A stretch of 64,000 nucleotides of DNA, taken from positions 1,240,001-1,304,000 of the forward strand of contig JABVCE010000004.1 of NCBI GenBank assembly GCA_014905635.1, in the 5' to 3' direction. Every line of letters begins with the position of its first letter. Positions within the stretch are counted from its first letter, which is position 1. This document shows positions 1 through 12,490 of this stretch, piece by piece. Under the pieces are notes generated by a model. The model did not search any database and was not told the DNA's origin. It saw only the letters and a program-made list of their open reading frames with translations. The DNA comes from Scenedesmus sp. PABB004 (taxonomy: Eukaryota). The position numbers were made by a program, and so were the translations under genes.

Positions 1-488
1 CGGCGGCCGCGGCCGCGGCGGGGGCCCGCCCTGAGCAAGGGCGGCGGCGCGCGGCAGGGCAACGGGTCGCCGACGGGCGGGCGGACGCGCAGCGCTTACT
101 CGCGGCCTGGTAGCCGCTGCGTGGCACGCGCGGCCCGCGTACGCAGCACGCCCCGACCCACGCGCTCCCACCCACGCGGGCCCGGATCCCTCTCGCAGCA
201 GGCCCCGCACGCAGCGCGTGCGGCGCCGCCGCAGCAATCCTCAGCAGCAATCCGCTCCACGCACACGCGCACGCGCTACATCGGTCGGGCGCGCCCGCGC
301 CCGCCGAATCCGGCCGGGCTCCTCTCGGCGGCCTGCGAATGCGGCAGGCCGCCGCGCGGGAGGGCGCCCGCGCCGCCGCCCAGCAAAGCTATAAACAGGG
401 AGGCCGCCGCCGCCCGGCAGCCCCGCGCGCGCTCGGCGGCGCGGCGCGCGGGGGGCCGCCGCGCGGCCGCCCCGGGCGTGCCGGGGGC

Positions 489-1345
489 TCAGTGCACGAC
501 GCCCATCTTCTTGGCCAGGTGCGCCTTGTACTCCCGAATCGTGCCCTTCCACACGCGCACGGTCTGCGGCGCGCAGGGGGCGCGTGCGAGCGTGAGCGGG
601 GCGGGGCCGGCAGCCGGCCGCGGGCTGCGCCGCCGGGCGCGGGCTGCGCCGCCGGGCGCGGGCTGCGCCGCCGGGCGCGGGCTGCGCCGCCGGGCGTGGC
701 GCGGCGCGGCGCTGCGCACCTGGTTCTCGCACACCCAGATCTCCTTGGCCACCTGGTCGATGAGCCGAAAGTCGTGGCTCACCAGCACCATGCCGCCCTT
801 GAAGCCGTTCAGCGCCTCTGTGAGCAAAGCACCGCGCGGCGCGGGGCGGGGCAGGGCGGGGCGGGGCGGGGCGGGGCGGGTCAGCAGAGGCCGCGGCGCC
901 GGCCAGCGGGGGAGGAGTGGCGCGGGCCGGCGGCGGCGGCGCGCGTAAGTGCGGGCGGCGCGCGGGCGGGGCGCGGGCGCGCACCTGCGAGGGAGTCGAT
1001 GGCCTCGATGTCTGCGGGCCCCCCACACGCGCGCGCAGCGGGCGGCGCCGTCAGCACGGGCGCGGCATCAGCATGGGCGCGGCGCGGCGCGGCGCAGCGC
1101 GCGGCGGCGCGGCGCAGCGCGCGGCGGCGCGGCGGCGCACCGAGGTGGTTGGTCGGCTCGTCCAGCAGCATCATGTTGTGGTTCTGGCGGGGTTTTGAGG
1201 GCGGCGCGGTGGCGGCGGTTTGGCGGGGCGGCGGCGCGGCGCGAGGGGCGGCGCGGCGTGGCGCCGCGCGCGCCCGCCTCCAGTCGCAACGAGGGGCGCC
1301 GCCGAGGCCCGGGCCGCCCCTTCATGACCCCCCCCCCCCCCACCA

Positions 1346-1379
<34 letters not shown>

Positions 1380-2537
1380 CCAGCCAGCCAGCCAGCCCCC
1401 CGCACCTTCATGCACATCATGCCAAAGATCAGGCGGCTCTTCTGGCCCTCGCTCAGCATGCCAATCTTGTTGGTCTGAGCGCGGGGCAGCGGGGCAGGGG
1501 AGAGAGAGAGGGGGGCAGGGGGCGTGAGGCGGGTGATGAGGCGTGCAGGGGCGGGGGGCGGCGCGGGGCGCACGCGGCGCGCGGGGCGCCGGCGGGCGCG
1601 CAGGCGGGCACGGCGCATCGCCGCCGCGTGCCTGCAGGCGGCCGGTGATGCCGAAGCGTCCGAGGAAGGCGCGCCACTCGTCCTCCTCGCGCTTGAAGCC
1701 GGGGCCGTTGGGGTAGGTGAACTGCGGGCGTGTGCGCGCGCAGCGCGTGTGAGCGTGGGGCTGGGGCTCGCCGGCCCGCGCTCGTGCTGAGGCTCGCACC
1801 CACCCACCCACCCACCCACCCACCCACCCACCCACACCCACCCACCCACCCACCCACCCACCCCCCACACCCACCCACCCACCCACCCACCCACCCACCC
1901 ACCCACCCACCCACCCACCCACCCACCCACCCACCCACCCACCCACCCACCCACCCACCCACCCACACCCACCCACCCACCCACCCACCCACCCACCCAC
2001 CCACCCACCCACCCACAGACACCCCCCCCACACACACACACACGCACACAAACGCACCTTGAAGAACTCGAGCGGCGTCTTGTTGTCGTCCAGCACCTCC
2101 AGGCTGTGCTGGTGGTAGCGCCCGATGCTGAGGTGCGTGTGCCGCGTGACCGTGCCCTTGGTCGGCTCCAGCTCGCCCAGCATCAGCTTCAGCAGCGTCG
2201 ACTTGCCTGCGCGACCGCGCGCGGGGACGAGCGGTGCTCAGCAGCGCGCCGGCGGCCGTGCCGCGCTGCGCCGGGCACCACAGGCGCCGCACGCCGCGCG
2301 CGACGCCGCCCTCGCCCGCCCCCCTCCCCCTATCTCTCCTCCCTGCCCTGCCGCCCTGCCCGCTCTCCCCGCGCACCCGCGCCGTTGGGCCCCACGAGCG
2401 CGACGCGGCTGTCGCAGTCGACGCCAAACTCCAGGTCCTTGTACAGGTAGCCCTCGGGGTTGCCGCTGTAGCTAAAACTCACGTTTTGGAACGGCAGCAC
2501 CGGCGGCGGCAGCTTCTCGCACTCTGCGCGGGCGCAC

Positions 2538-2586
<49 letters not shown>

Positions 2587-5500
2587 GCCAAGCGCGCGGG
2601 TCGGCGGGCGCGAGCGCCGGCGGCGGCTGCAGCTCCCGCGGCTGCAAGCGTGGGGCCGGGCCTGGCACCGCGCCGCGGCGGCGCACCCGGGAACTGGAAG
2701 CTGAACGTGCTCTCGTGCACCACGGGCTGCGTGAGCCCCGCCTCGTACATCTTGTCCAGGATCTTCTGCTTGCTCTTGGCCTGCTTCACCAGGTTGGCGT
2801 ACGTGCCTGCGCAACGGCAGCGGGCGCGCGCGCGCGGGCGCGTGCTCAGCCGGCGCGCGGGCCCGGGCGCGGCGCGGCGGGGCCAGCGGCGGGAGGGCAA
2901 AGAAAGCGGCGGGAGGGCGGAGAAAGCGGCGGTGGGGCGTGTGTGTGCGCCGCTCACCGCAGCTCGCGATGAACTCCTTGATGTGCTTGATGTCGTCCTG
3001 CTCCTTCTGGTACTTCTTCATCTGTTCACGGTCAAACGGTCAAACAAACGGTCAAACGAGTCGACGGGCAGCGCAGAGGGGGCGGGGCCGGGTCAGTAGG
3101 GGCGCGCGCGGGAGGGGGCTCGCATGCCCGCGGCCGCCGCCGCCCGCAGCCGCCGCGCCCGCCCGCGGCCGCCGCACCTGGACGACCTCGTTCTCCTTGA
3201 CCTGCCTGCGCGCGCGCGGCGCGCGGAGCAAGGAGCACGGCGGGGCAGGCGCGTCGGCGCGCGTCGGCGGCCTGCGCTGGCGCCGCCCGCGGCCGCCCGC
3301 CCCCCGTGCGTCGCGGCGCGGCGCGGCGCGGCGGAGGTCGCCCCGCCCTCACTTTTGGAAGGAGTCGTAGTTGCCCGTGTAGTAGGTCAGCTTCTTCTGC
3401 GTGAGCCAGATGATGTGCGTGCACACGCCATTGAGGAAGTCCTGGCTGCGACGCGGCACGCGCGCGCGCGGGTGGGCGGAGAGGGGGGCGGCGGCGTCGG
3501 TCAACAAACACACGCGGCGCGGCGGCCGCCGCGCCCGCCCTCAGCTCCCCACCAGCCTGCCTCCCACGTGCGCCCGCGGCCGCGGCCGCGCCCGCCTCCC
3601 CGCGCGCCGCGCCGGGCGCGCCCCTAAACCCTGTACCCTAAACCCTGCCCGGGGCGCGTCGCGCGCACCTGTGGCTGACCATGATGAGGCACTTCTTGTA
3701 GGTCTTCAGGTACTCCTCCAGCCACACGCAGGCCTCAAGATCGAGGTGGTTGGTCGGCTCGTCCAGCAGCAGCAGCGTGGGCGCTGCAAACAGCGCGCGC
3801 GCGAGCGCGACGCGCATGCGCCACCCGCCTGCGACGCGCGGCGGGCGCGGCGGCGGCGGCGGCGCGCGTGGGCCCGCCGCGCGCATGGGCGGCCGCCTGG
3901 GGCGCGCCCGAGGCCCAAAGCAACACTGCTAAAGCAGCGCCGCGTGGCGCCGCCGCCGCCGCGGCCGCACCGCTCATGTCCTTGGTCTTGCGGCCCATCA
4001 TGACCTTGTTGAACCCCAGGCCGTGCAGCAGCTCCGCGGCGCGCACCTCAAACGTGCTGCGGGCGCAGCGGCGGCGGCGCGCGCGGCTCAGCCGCCCGCG
4101 CGCGCGTGCAGCTCGCCGCTGCCGCCGCCGCCGCGCCGCTGCCGCTGCCGCCGCGCGCCGCGCCGCCAGCGGGCGGCGAGTGCTGGCGGCGCGGCGAGTG
4201 CGTGCGTGGGGTTCACCTCTCGTCGATCTCGTCGAGGCGGTTGTAGATCGCCTCCAGCCGCTCGTCCTCGGGGCCAAACTCACTCATGATCGCCTCCTCC
4301 TGCGCGGCGTGGTGGCGACGCCAGCGCGTGGCAGGGCAGGCAGGCAGCAGGGGCGTGGGTGCGCGCCGGGCGCGGCGGGAGGGGCGCGCGCGCGGTGCCG
4401 GGCGGCGTGCGGCGCGCCGGGCGGCGTGTGCGGCGTGCGGCGCGCCTGGGCGTGCAGGCGGTTCATCTCGTTGCGGATGTGGTCCTGCGGCGGTGCGGCG
4501 GTGCGGGGGCGGCCGGGCGTCAGCGCCAGCCTGCCGCCGCTGCCGCCGCCGCTGCTGCTGCCGCTGCTGCCGCCGCCGCCGCCGCTGCCGCCGCTGCCGC
4601 CGCCGCCGCTGCCGCCGCTGCCGCCGCCGCCGCTGCCGCCGCGCACCACGACCGCCTCCAGCGCGGTGCGGTCGCTGGGCTCGGCCTCCTGGTGGAGGTG
4701 GAACATGTCGAGGTGCTCGGGGATGGGCACCTCGCTGCGGGGCGCGGCGGGGGGAGGCGTGTGGGTCAGGAGAGACCGCGGCGCCGCCAGTGCGGCGAGT
4801 CCCAGCCGCCGCCGCCGCCGCCGCCGCCGCGCCGCCGCCGCCGCCGCCGCCGCACCGGCTGGCGATGGCCTGCAGGAAGTTGGTCTTGCCGCTGCCGTTC
4901 TGCCCGATCAGGCCGTAGCGGCGGCCGATGGTGAGCTCGATGGAGCAGTCCTGCGGCGCGGCGTGGCGGCGCGGCGCGCGGGCGCCGCGCTCGCGCCGTG
5001 CGCCGGCGGCTGGCGTCGCACCGCCGCCCGCCCTGCTGCGAGCGCGGCGCGGCGGCGCAGGTGCGCAGGTGCGGGCCGTGCCCCCGCTGGCTGTGGCGCG
5101 GCAGTGCTGCTGGCCAGGCACCTGGATGAGCTCGTTGCCAGCAATGCCGAGGGAGAAGCCGTCAATCTTGATGTCACGCGCCGTGGGCCGGCTCGTCAGC
5201 ACGCCTGCGCCGCGGCGGCGGCGGTCAGCGGCGGCGGCCGGCGAGCGCGTCCGCGCCACGGCCCTGCTGCGCGCCGCCGCGCGGCGCCCACCCGTGACTG
5301 TGCGCGGGCTGAGCTCGTGCGTCGCGAGGTCGGGCGCGCTCGACTCGCCGCCGAGCGAGACCTCGCTCACGCTCTTGCCGAGGCTCTTCACGCTCGTCGA
5401 GCTCTGCGGCGGCCGGGCGGGCCAGCACGGTGAGGCGCACGCATCGCTCCTGGGCTCTCTCTGGCTGTGCGGGGCGGGCCGGCGGCCGCCGTGCGGCGCG

Positions 5501-5771
5501 CTCCGCGCGGCGCCGCGCCCTGCGCTGCGCTGCGCAGCGCAGCGCCGCGCAGCGCGCCTTGCTCTTCTCCATCTTCTTCGCTGCCTTCTTGGCCTCCTTC
5601 TCGGCCTTGAGCTCGGCCTTGGACTTGAACAGGGATTCCGCCCCTGCCGGCAGCAGCGCGGCGGCGGAGCGCGGCGGCGGAGAGGCTCGCAGCACGTGCT
5701 GCTTCTGGCCCTGGCGGCGCCGCCGGCGGCGCACCCGTCGCGCCGCGGTTCCACGCCTCCTTGTCGGCCAT
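489..5771 (-). CDS. ABCF-family soluble ATPase (ABCF2/Arb1/AtABCF1-like), about 20 exons
   Basis: Spliced exons give two NBDs. NBD1: [42 protein letters not shown]2: [36 protein letters not shown]. No TM segments. ATG 5771 (MADKEAW), TGA 489-491. Confidence 0.93.
619..694. repeat. 19-nt minisatellite x4 (CGCGGGCTGCGCCGCCGGG) in the last ABCF intron
   Basis: Four exact tandem copies read directly. Confidence 0.9.
1797..2016. repeat. (CCCA)n/(TGGG)n microsatellite, about 220 nt, in an ABCF intron
   Basis: Near-perfect tetranucleotide array, followed by a short (CA)n run. Confidence 0.97.
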
Positions 5772-6382
5772 CGCGCCTCCGCTCTGCGGGCGGCGCGGCG
5801 CAGCGGCGTGCGTGGGCGGGCGCGGCCGCACGCACGCCGAGTGCGCGCCGGCGCGGCGCATGGAGCCACTGGGGCGGCGCTGGGCGCCAGGGCGGGGGCG
5901 CCAGGCGCTGCCGGCGCCGTCGCCGCCGCGCGAGACGGCGCCTGCACCGCTCGGCGGCTGCGCGCCGTCGCCGCTGCTGCGCCTGCCGCGCCGGCCTGGC
6001 GCACGCGCCATCAGCAGTCAAACCGCCGCGCAGCGCGCCGGCGCCCGGCGAGGGCGCTGCGCCCGCCCGCGAACCTGGTTCGAGATGGGCGCTGCCGCCG
6101 GCGGCTGCCTCCCTGCGCTGCCCGCGGGCCGCGGGTCGAGTTGCAGTGACCGCTCCGAGCTCAGGAGCTCTGGGTGGCCCCCGGTTCGCGGGCCGCGCGC
6201 GAACAGACCGGACGGAGCGGCGAGCGCGCTTGCGAGCACCTCGGCGCGCCACGCGAGCGGGTGCGGTCGGCTCCGCGCGGCGAAAGGGGCGTCGTGGACG
6301 GCGCGGCGCGCTGCGAACGGGCGTTCGGTGGGGAAGACCAAGCGGCGCACCTCCAAGCGCCGCCGCCGCCGCCGCCGCGCGC

Positions 6383-8251
6383 TCACGCCCGCGCGGCGGG
6401 GCCGGCGGCGCCGCGCGCGTCGCCGCCGCCGCCGGCCTCGCCGCCGCCGCCGCCGACCGCGGCCTCGCGCTGCAGCCACGCCGCGAGGGGGACGAGGTCC
6501 TGCAGCCGCGCCAGCAGCAGGCGCGCGGCCGCGAACGCGGCGGTCGCGACGAGGGGGACCTCGATGACGTCCGTCCACCACCGCGGCGGCATTGAGAGCA
6601 GCACGACCTCGCGCACCAGCTCCAGCGCGCGGCCCGCGAGGATGAGCCAGACGTAGGGCCACGCGTACGCGCCCCGGAAGCCCGCCATGAGCCGCGCGCT
6701 CGCGCCGAGCGCGGCGCGGCCGCGCGCGCCGCCGAGCACCGCGGCGGGCAGCGCGAGCTGGATGTCGAGCAGCCGCGGGAACGCCCACGGCGCCGGCAGC
6801 ACCGCGAGGCACGCCGCCTGCAGCGGCAGCGACCAGGCGTTGAACAGCAGGTCGACGACCCAGAGCTCCCGCAGCCGCCCCGCGACCTGCCGCGCCCACA
6901 CGTCGCGCGCGAGCGCGAGCGCCGCGCGCGGGCCGAGCGGCGGCGGCGGCGCGCGGCGCGCGCCCGCCGCGGGCGCCAGCCACGGCAGCGCCGGCGCGGC
7001 CGGCAGCTGCGGGCTGCGGCTGCCGCTGCCGAGCCCGCCGCCCGCGCCCGCGCGGCGCGCCGGGCCGCCCGCCGCCGCTGCGCTGCTGCCGCCGCCGCCG
7101 CCGGCGCCGCCGGCGGCGGAGGGCGCCGCGGCGCCCGGCCTGAAGCTGGCGGCGCCGCAGCCGCGGGCGAAGCTCGCCGCGCCGGGCGCGCCCGGCGCGC
7201 CGCCCGCGCCGGCCGCGAACCGCTCCGCGGCGCTGCGCAGCATCGCCTCCACGCTGCCGTCGAGATCGACGGCGTCGAAGCTGCTCGTCGTCGAGCGGCA
7301 CTCCGCGAGCCCGACCTTGCCGCTGCCCTGCCCCGCGAACGACGCGCCCGGCACGGCCTGCTGCCGCGCCGCGCAGCGCCGCGCCGCCGCCACGAGCGCC
7401 GCCGTGGCCACGGCCGCTGTGTTCATCGCGATGTTGAGCGGCAGGCACAGCAAGAAGAACGCGGCGACCAGCGCCTGGTAGCCTGCGAGGCCCGGACGAG
7501 GCACGCCCGGTCAGCGGCAGCCCGCCGCCGCGCCGGCCGCCCCGCGCCTGCCTCCGCCTGCCGCGCGCGCGCACCCAGGTGGCCATCCATGAGGCTCGCG
7601 TCCGCCGTGATCCACCAGGGGTTGCCCAGCACCGGGATGCCCAGCAGCGACTCCGCGACTGCGGCGGCGGCGAGGCGTGGGCGTGCGCCGGAGCCGCGCC
7701 GGGGCCGCGCGCTGCGCCTGGCCGCGGGCGGCGGCGCCGCGCGCGCGCGCACTGTGGTTGGTCGCGCGGTGCGCGAGGCGGTGCAGCACAAAGGCGGCGA
7801 CGTCCTTGGCCAGGAAGACCGCGATCACGGCCCAGAGGTTTGAGTAGAGCAGCGCCGCAGCATCGCCGACGAGCGCCCAGCCCGCGCGGCTCGGCAGCCA
7901 GCCGGCGAGCGCCCCCCGCAGCCCGCCCTGCTGCCGCGGCTCCGCGGGGGCCGGTCCCGAAGCTGCTGCGGCGCCCGCGGCGGCGCGCCGCGGCGGCCGG
8001 CGGTGGCCGCGCGCGCAGCGCTGCTGCCGCCTGCGGAGCAGCGGCCGGCGGCGGCGGCGCGCTGCCTCAGGCGCGCGCGGCCTCAGACCCCACGGCGCCG
8101 TCACGAGGTCCAGATCGCGAGTCTCCCCACCCCCGCCGCCCCCACGCGCGGTGAGCACGCCGCACCTGCACGGCAGCAGCCCCGGCAGCGCGGGATGCTG
8201 CTGCTGCCGGGCGCCCAGCGCGCCACAGGGCGCGCCCGGCCGCGGAAGCAT
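6383..8251 (-). CDS. Hypothetical multi-pass membrane protein, possibly organelle-targeted
   Basis: Spliced exons with hydrophobic helices (LLYSNLWAVIAVFLAKDVAAFVLHRL; YQALVAAFFLLCLPLNIAM; LWVVDLLFNAWSLPLQ; YAWPYVWLIL) and GT-AG introns. The start is uncertain. Confidence 0.65.
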
Positions 8252-8621
8252 GTCGGGCGGGCCACTGCGAAGGTAGAGGCCCTGTCACGAGCGCCGCTCA
8301 GGACGGGAGCTGGCGTGGGGCCTGGCGCTGCGAGCTGCTGCTGCTGCTGCGGCAAGGGCGCGGCGGTCCACGCGCAGCGGCGGTCGGTTGCGCGCACGCC
8401 GTGGGGCATGTGGGCGGCGCCGGTCATGCACTCACGCACGGCCGTCACACGCCGCGCGCAGCACGTCACGTGGGGCTCAGCGGCGCCCTGCGCCCCGCGG
8501 CCGCCGCGGGCGCAAGCAACACCGATCCCCGCCGGCCGGATCACGCGGCGACCCACTCCGCCGAGTGCAGTGCTTACGACGCCCGACGCGGCGCCGAATG
8601 CCGGCGCGCGCGCGCGGGAGT

Positions 8622-8817
8622 CTAGGCCATCTTGACGAACCCGCTCTTCTCGCTCGCGCCGAGCAGGAAGCTCTTCACCTGCCACCCCTCCGCCGAGAGG
8701 TCGGCCATGAATCGGTCCACGCTGCGCTCCGCGCGCCGCCGCGCGCCGCGCCGCAGCGCGCTGCCCGCGACCGCGTCGGCCTCGGCCACGCGCAGCGGCG
8801 CCACCGGCAGCTCCGGT

Positions 8818-8855
<38 letters not shown>

Positions 8856-10060
8856 CGCTCGGCTGCCGCCTGCTCGGCTGCTGCCGCTGCTTTCCCCCCT
8901 CCCGCTGCCGCTCCCGCTCCCGCTGCCGCCGTCGACCGCGTCCTGCTGCCGCTGCCACGCGGCGGCCGCCGCGGCCGCGGAGTCGTCGCGCAGCGCGCGC
9001 CGCAGGTACGCCGCCTCGAGCACGGCGGTGAGCACGTCGCGCGGCGCCACGCCGCGCTGCAGGCTGACGGCGATGTGCTGCCCGCCGCGGTAGCGCTCCA
9101 GCCAGCGCTCGCGCAGCGCCCACCAGGGCGTCGCCTCGCCCGGCTGCAGCGCGAGCAGGTAGCGGCTGCGGCCGTACGTGTCGAGCAGCCCCGACAGCTG
9201 GCGCGGGTGCGACACCGCGCGCTCGAGCGGCAGGATGCGCATCGGGAGCAGGTTGTCGCCGATGTTGGGCGGCCCCAGCAGGCGCTCGCCGCTGCTGACC
9301 TGCTTGAAGCTCGGCACCTGCACACGCGCACGCGCGGGCGCGGGCCCGAGGGGCCGTCGGCGCCGCGCCGCCGCCGCCGCCGCGCCGCGCCGCCGCCGCG
9401 CCGGCGCGGCCGCCGCGCACCCGCCCGGTCGCGGTCCACGCCTCTGCGACCATCTCGGCGCGCTCGCGGTTGAGGCTGCGCAGCTGCACCGCCTTGAGCT
9501 CGTGGTAGATGCAGAACAGGTCGGCGACGCCGCAGATCGGAAAGGCGAGCAGCGGCAGCGCCATGCGCTGCGCCTCGCGGTGGCGCAGCAGGTAGTTGGC
9601 GGTCGCCGACACCGCGAGCGCGAGCGTGTCCATGACCATGTGCTGCGCCTGCGGCCCGCGGCCAGGGGGTGGGGGGGTGGGGGGGGGGGTGAGGACGGGC
9701 GCGGCGCGGCGCGCGGCATGGCGCGGCGCGCGGCGGGCGGCGCGCCGGCGGCGCCGCGCGCGCACCTGGGTCTTGGACGCGAGGTCAGCCATGTTGCCGC
9801 TCGCGCACAGCGCGGCCTGGAACGCGGGCTGCGTGCTCACAAACGTGGTCAGCCCGACCGCGCGGCCGACGTTGGAGACCGCGGTCAGCAGCAGGAAGTG
9901 GCTGGGGAAGCGGGGCGTGAGGAACTCGCAGGACACGCAGGCCGTGTAGAGCACGCTGGTCGTGAAGCGGAAGCGCTGCGCGGCGCCGGGCGCGCGCGGA
10001 GACAGGGCAGGGTCCAAGGGCAGGGCGGCGCGTCGGCGCGGGCGGCGCAAGCATACGCCC

Positions 10061-10130
<70 letters not shown>

Positions 10131-11385
10131 TGCGCCGCGCCTTGAGGTCGGAGTCAAACGCGTCGCCAAACTGCGTGGCCACGCCCATGCGCACGAGGCG
10201 GTTGATGCCGTCCTTGAGCATCCAGTTAATCGCGGCGCTCGCGGCGAGCGCCTTGCGCGCGCCCACGCCGACCGCCATCAGCAGGCTCTGCGTCGCAAAG
10301 TTCTGCAGCGTCGCGCTGAAGAAGCGCTGCGCGGCGGCGGCGGCGGCGGCGGTGGCGGCAGGCGGGCAGGTCGGCAGGGCCGCGCCGACAGGCGCCAGAC
10401 GCCCCGCCGCTGGCTGCGCCGCCAACGATGCCGCCGGCGGGCCGTCCCGTGCCGCCGCGCCGCTGCCGCGCCGCCGCCGCCGTGCCTGGCCGCAGCGCCA
10501 CTTGAGCCACTCCCAGTAGTCCTCAGTCACGTCCTCCCGGCGCGGCAGGAAGCTGGTGCGCACGTTCTCGCGCAGCCGGCTGAAGAAATCGTGCAGCCGG
10601 CCTGCGAGCCGCCGCGCCAGCGGCGGGCGCGTGTCGCGCCGCGCCGCTGCACGCCGCGCCGCTGGCCGCTGCGCAGCTGCCCGCCGCGCCGGGCGCCGCG
10701 CCGCCGCAGGCGCCCGGTCGCCCCGGCCAGCAGCAGCTTTGCGCGCCCGCCGCGCCGCTGCCCTGCCCCGCACCCGCGGGCGTGTAGCCCTGCTCCAGCA
10801 GGTCCTCGTTGATGGCCACCAGGCGGTGCCCGTCCCACGCAAACTGCTGGCTCTTGCCGCCTGCGCGCGGCAGCAGCAGCGCAGGGCAGGCACGCGGGCG
10901 CCGCACGGCTGGCACCGAGCCCAGGGCCGGCGGCGCTGCCTGCGCACGCTGGGCACGGCGCGCCCCGCGGCGCCGCGAGCACGACCCCGGCGTCGGCGCG
11001 CGCTCACCCCGGCGCGAGCCCACCGGCAGCAGCTGCAGGCCGTTGGCAGACGCCTGGCGGCGGGGCGGGGGGCGGCGCGTCGGCGCAGCCTGGCGGCCGC
11101 CGCGCGCGCCGCGCCCGCTGGCGGGGTGCTGCGACGGCGTCCTCGGGCAGCGGGCGCCCGGCTGCGGGTCCCCGAGGACCATGGCTTCCCGCTCACCGTG
11201 CTGGCCGCCGCAGAGGAGAGGCTGAGGGAGGCGAGCGGCGGCCGACGGCGGCGGCCGGCGCTGCCGCTGCTGCGGTCGGCCAGCGCGAACTGCAGGCCCG
11301 GCGCCGGGGCTCGCTGTTCGGACGGTACTGCCTGGAGCAGCACCAAGGCCGCGCCATCGCCGCCCGACGTCGTGAAGCGCGGCAT
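8622..11385 (-). CDS. ROOT UVB SENSITIVE (RUS/DUF647) family protein
   Basis: FLPRREDVTEDYWEWLKWR, ATQSLLMAVGVG, AAINWMLKDG, FDSDLKRFRF, GNMADLASKTQAQ and ELKAVQLRSLNRER are DUF647 hallmarks. The 5' end is less certain. Confidence 0.88.
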
Positions 11386-11710
11386 GGGCGCGCGCAGCGC
11401 CCGCGCGACCGCGCAGGGGCTGGCTGGGGGCGCGCGCGAAGCCTAAGCCATCATGCTCGTCACGTACCGGGCGTGCGATCTGGCGAAGCGCCACGCGCGT
11501 GCGTGAGCGCCGGCAGCCCCCGAAAGCCCTTGCGCCGCTGCCGTCACGCCGGCGCCGCCAGCGGGTGAACGAGCCGCGCGGAGCCCCCTGCCAGCGCGCA
11601 CTCCACCCCTCCCCGCTTGCCGACGCGCGCTGCCGCTGCTTGCTGCTTGCCGCTGCTTGCCAACGCGCTGCCGCCGCCGCCGCTGCCGACGCCGCCGCCG
11701 CCTGCGCGGC

Positions 11711-12490
11711 ATGGACGCCGACGACGGCGCGCCTCCGGCAGCGGCCGCGCCGGCCGCGCTGGCCCTGCTGATCTCGGCGGACGCGGCCGCGACGCTGTGC
11801 CTGGTGCTCTTCGCGTCAGACGGCCCGCTGCGCGACGCGCTGCTGCCCCGCACCGGCGACGCACGCCTGGACGGCGCGGCGGCGCTGGCCGACCTGCTGC
11901 TGCTCGCGCTGCTGCGCGGCGCGCTGGTGCTGCTGCCGCTCCTGCAGCCGCGCCTGCTGGCGTCGCGCGCCGGGCGCGCCGCCGCGGCCGCGGCGGCTGC
12001 GGCGATTTCGCTGTGGCTCTCCGCCAAGGGCGGCCTCGCACTGCGCCTGGCGCGCGGGCGGCACGAGCTGCCGGTGCCCGGCGTGGGCACAGTGCACGTG
12101 GCCGCGCTGCTCGCCGCCGAGCTGCTGGGCGTGTGCATGGCGTGGGGCCAGCTCGCGCTCGTCTGGGCCCACGCCGCCGAGCTCGGCGCGCCGGCGCCCG
12201 GCGGCGTCGCGCTGGCGCAGCAGCGCGCGCTGTTCGCGCGCGTCGCTAGCTGGGTGAGCAGCAGCGGCGAGGCGGCGGCCGGGGCGCTCGGGCCGGAGCT
12301 CACGGCGCCGTTACTGGACCTCGAACCCGACCCGGAGCGCCCGGCGTCGCCGCCGCTGTCGTTCACGTCGGCGCGGTCGCGCCCGCCGTCGGGGCTTGCG
12401 AGCAGCAGCAGCCTGGCCAGCGCGGTCACGTGCCGCTCGGCCACCCCACCGGGCGGTGGGGTGGCCGAGCCCGGAGAGGGCGCGCCGTGA
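11711..12490 (+). CDS. Intronless 4-TM membrane protein, possibly MENTAL/TMD0-like
   Basis: ATG 11711 (MDADDG), strong coding bias, four hydrophobic helices and a Ser/Pro-rich tail. Confidence 0.7.
   Translation: MDADDGAPPAAAAPAALALLISADAAATLCLVLFASDGPLRDALLPRTGDARLDGAAALADLLLLALLRGALVLLPLLQPRLLASRAGRAAAAAAAAAISLWLSAKGGLALRLARGRHELPVPGVGTVHVAALLAAELLGVCMAWGQLALVWAHAAELGAPAPGGVALAQQRALFARVASWVSSSGEAAAGALGPELTAPLLDLEPDPERPASPPLSFTSARSRPPSGLASSSSLASAVTCRSATPPGGGVAEPGEGAP

Noticed and set aside
93..400. Minus-strand GTAAGC donor near 99 and a plus-strand TATAAA near 390
   Set aside because: Possibly the 5' end of a gene outside the window, but the strands disagree and no CDS can be supported.
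1068..2183. Apparent (GGWV)n and (PPTH)n repeat proteins
   Set aside because: These are translations of the intronic (CCCA)n microsatellite.
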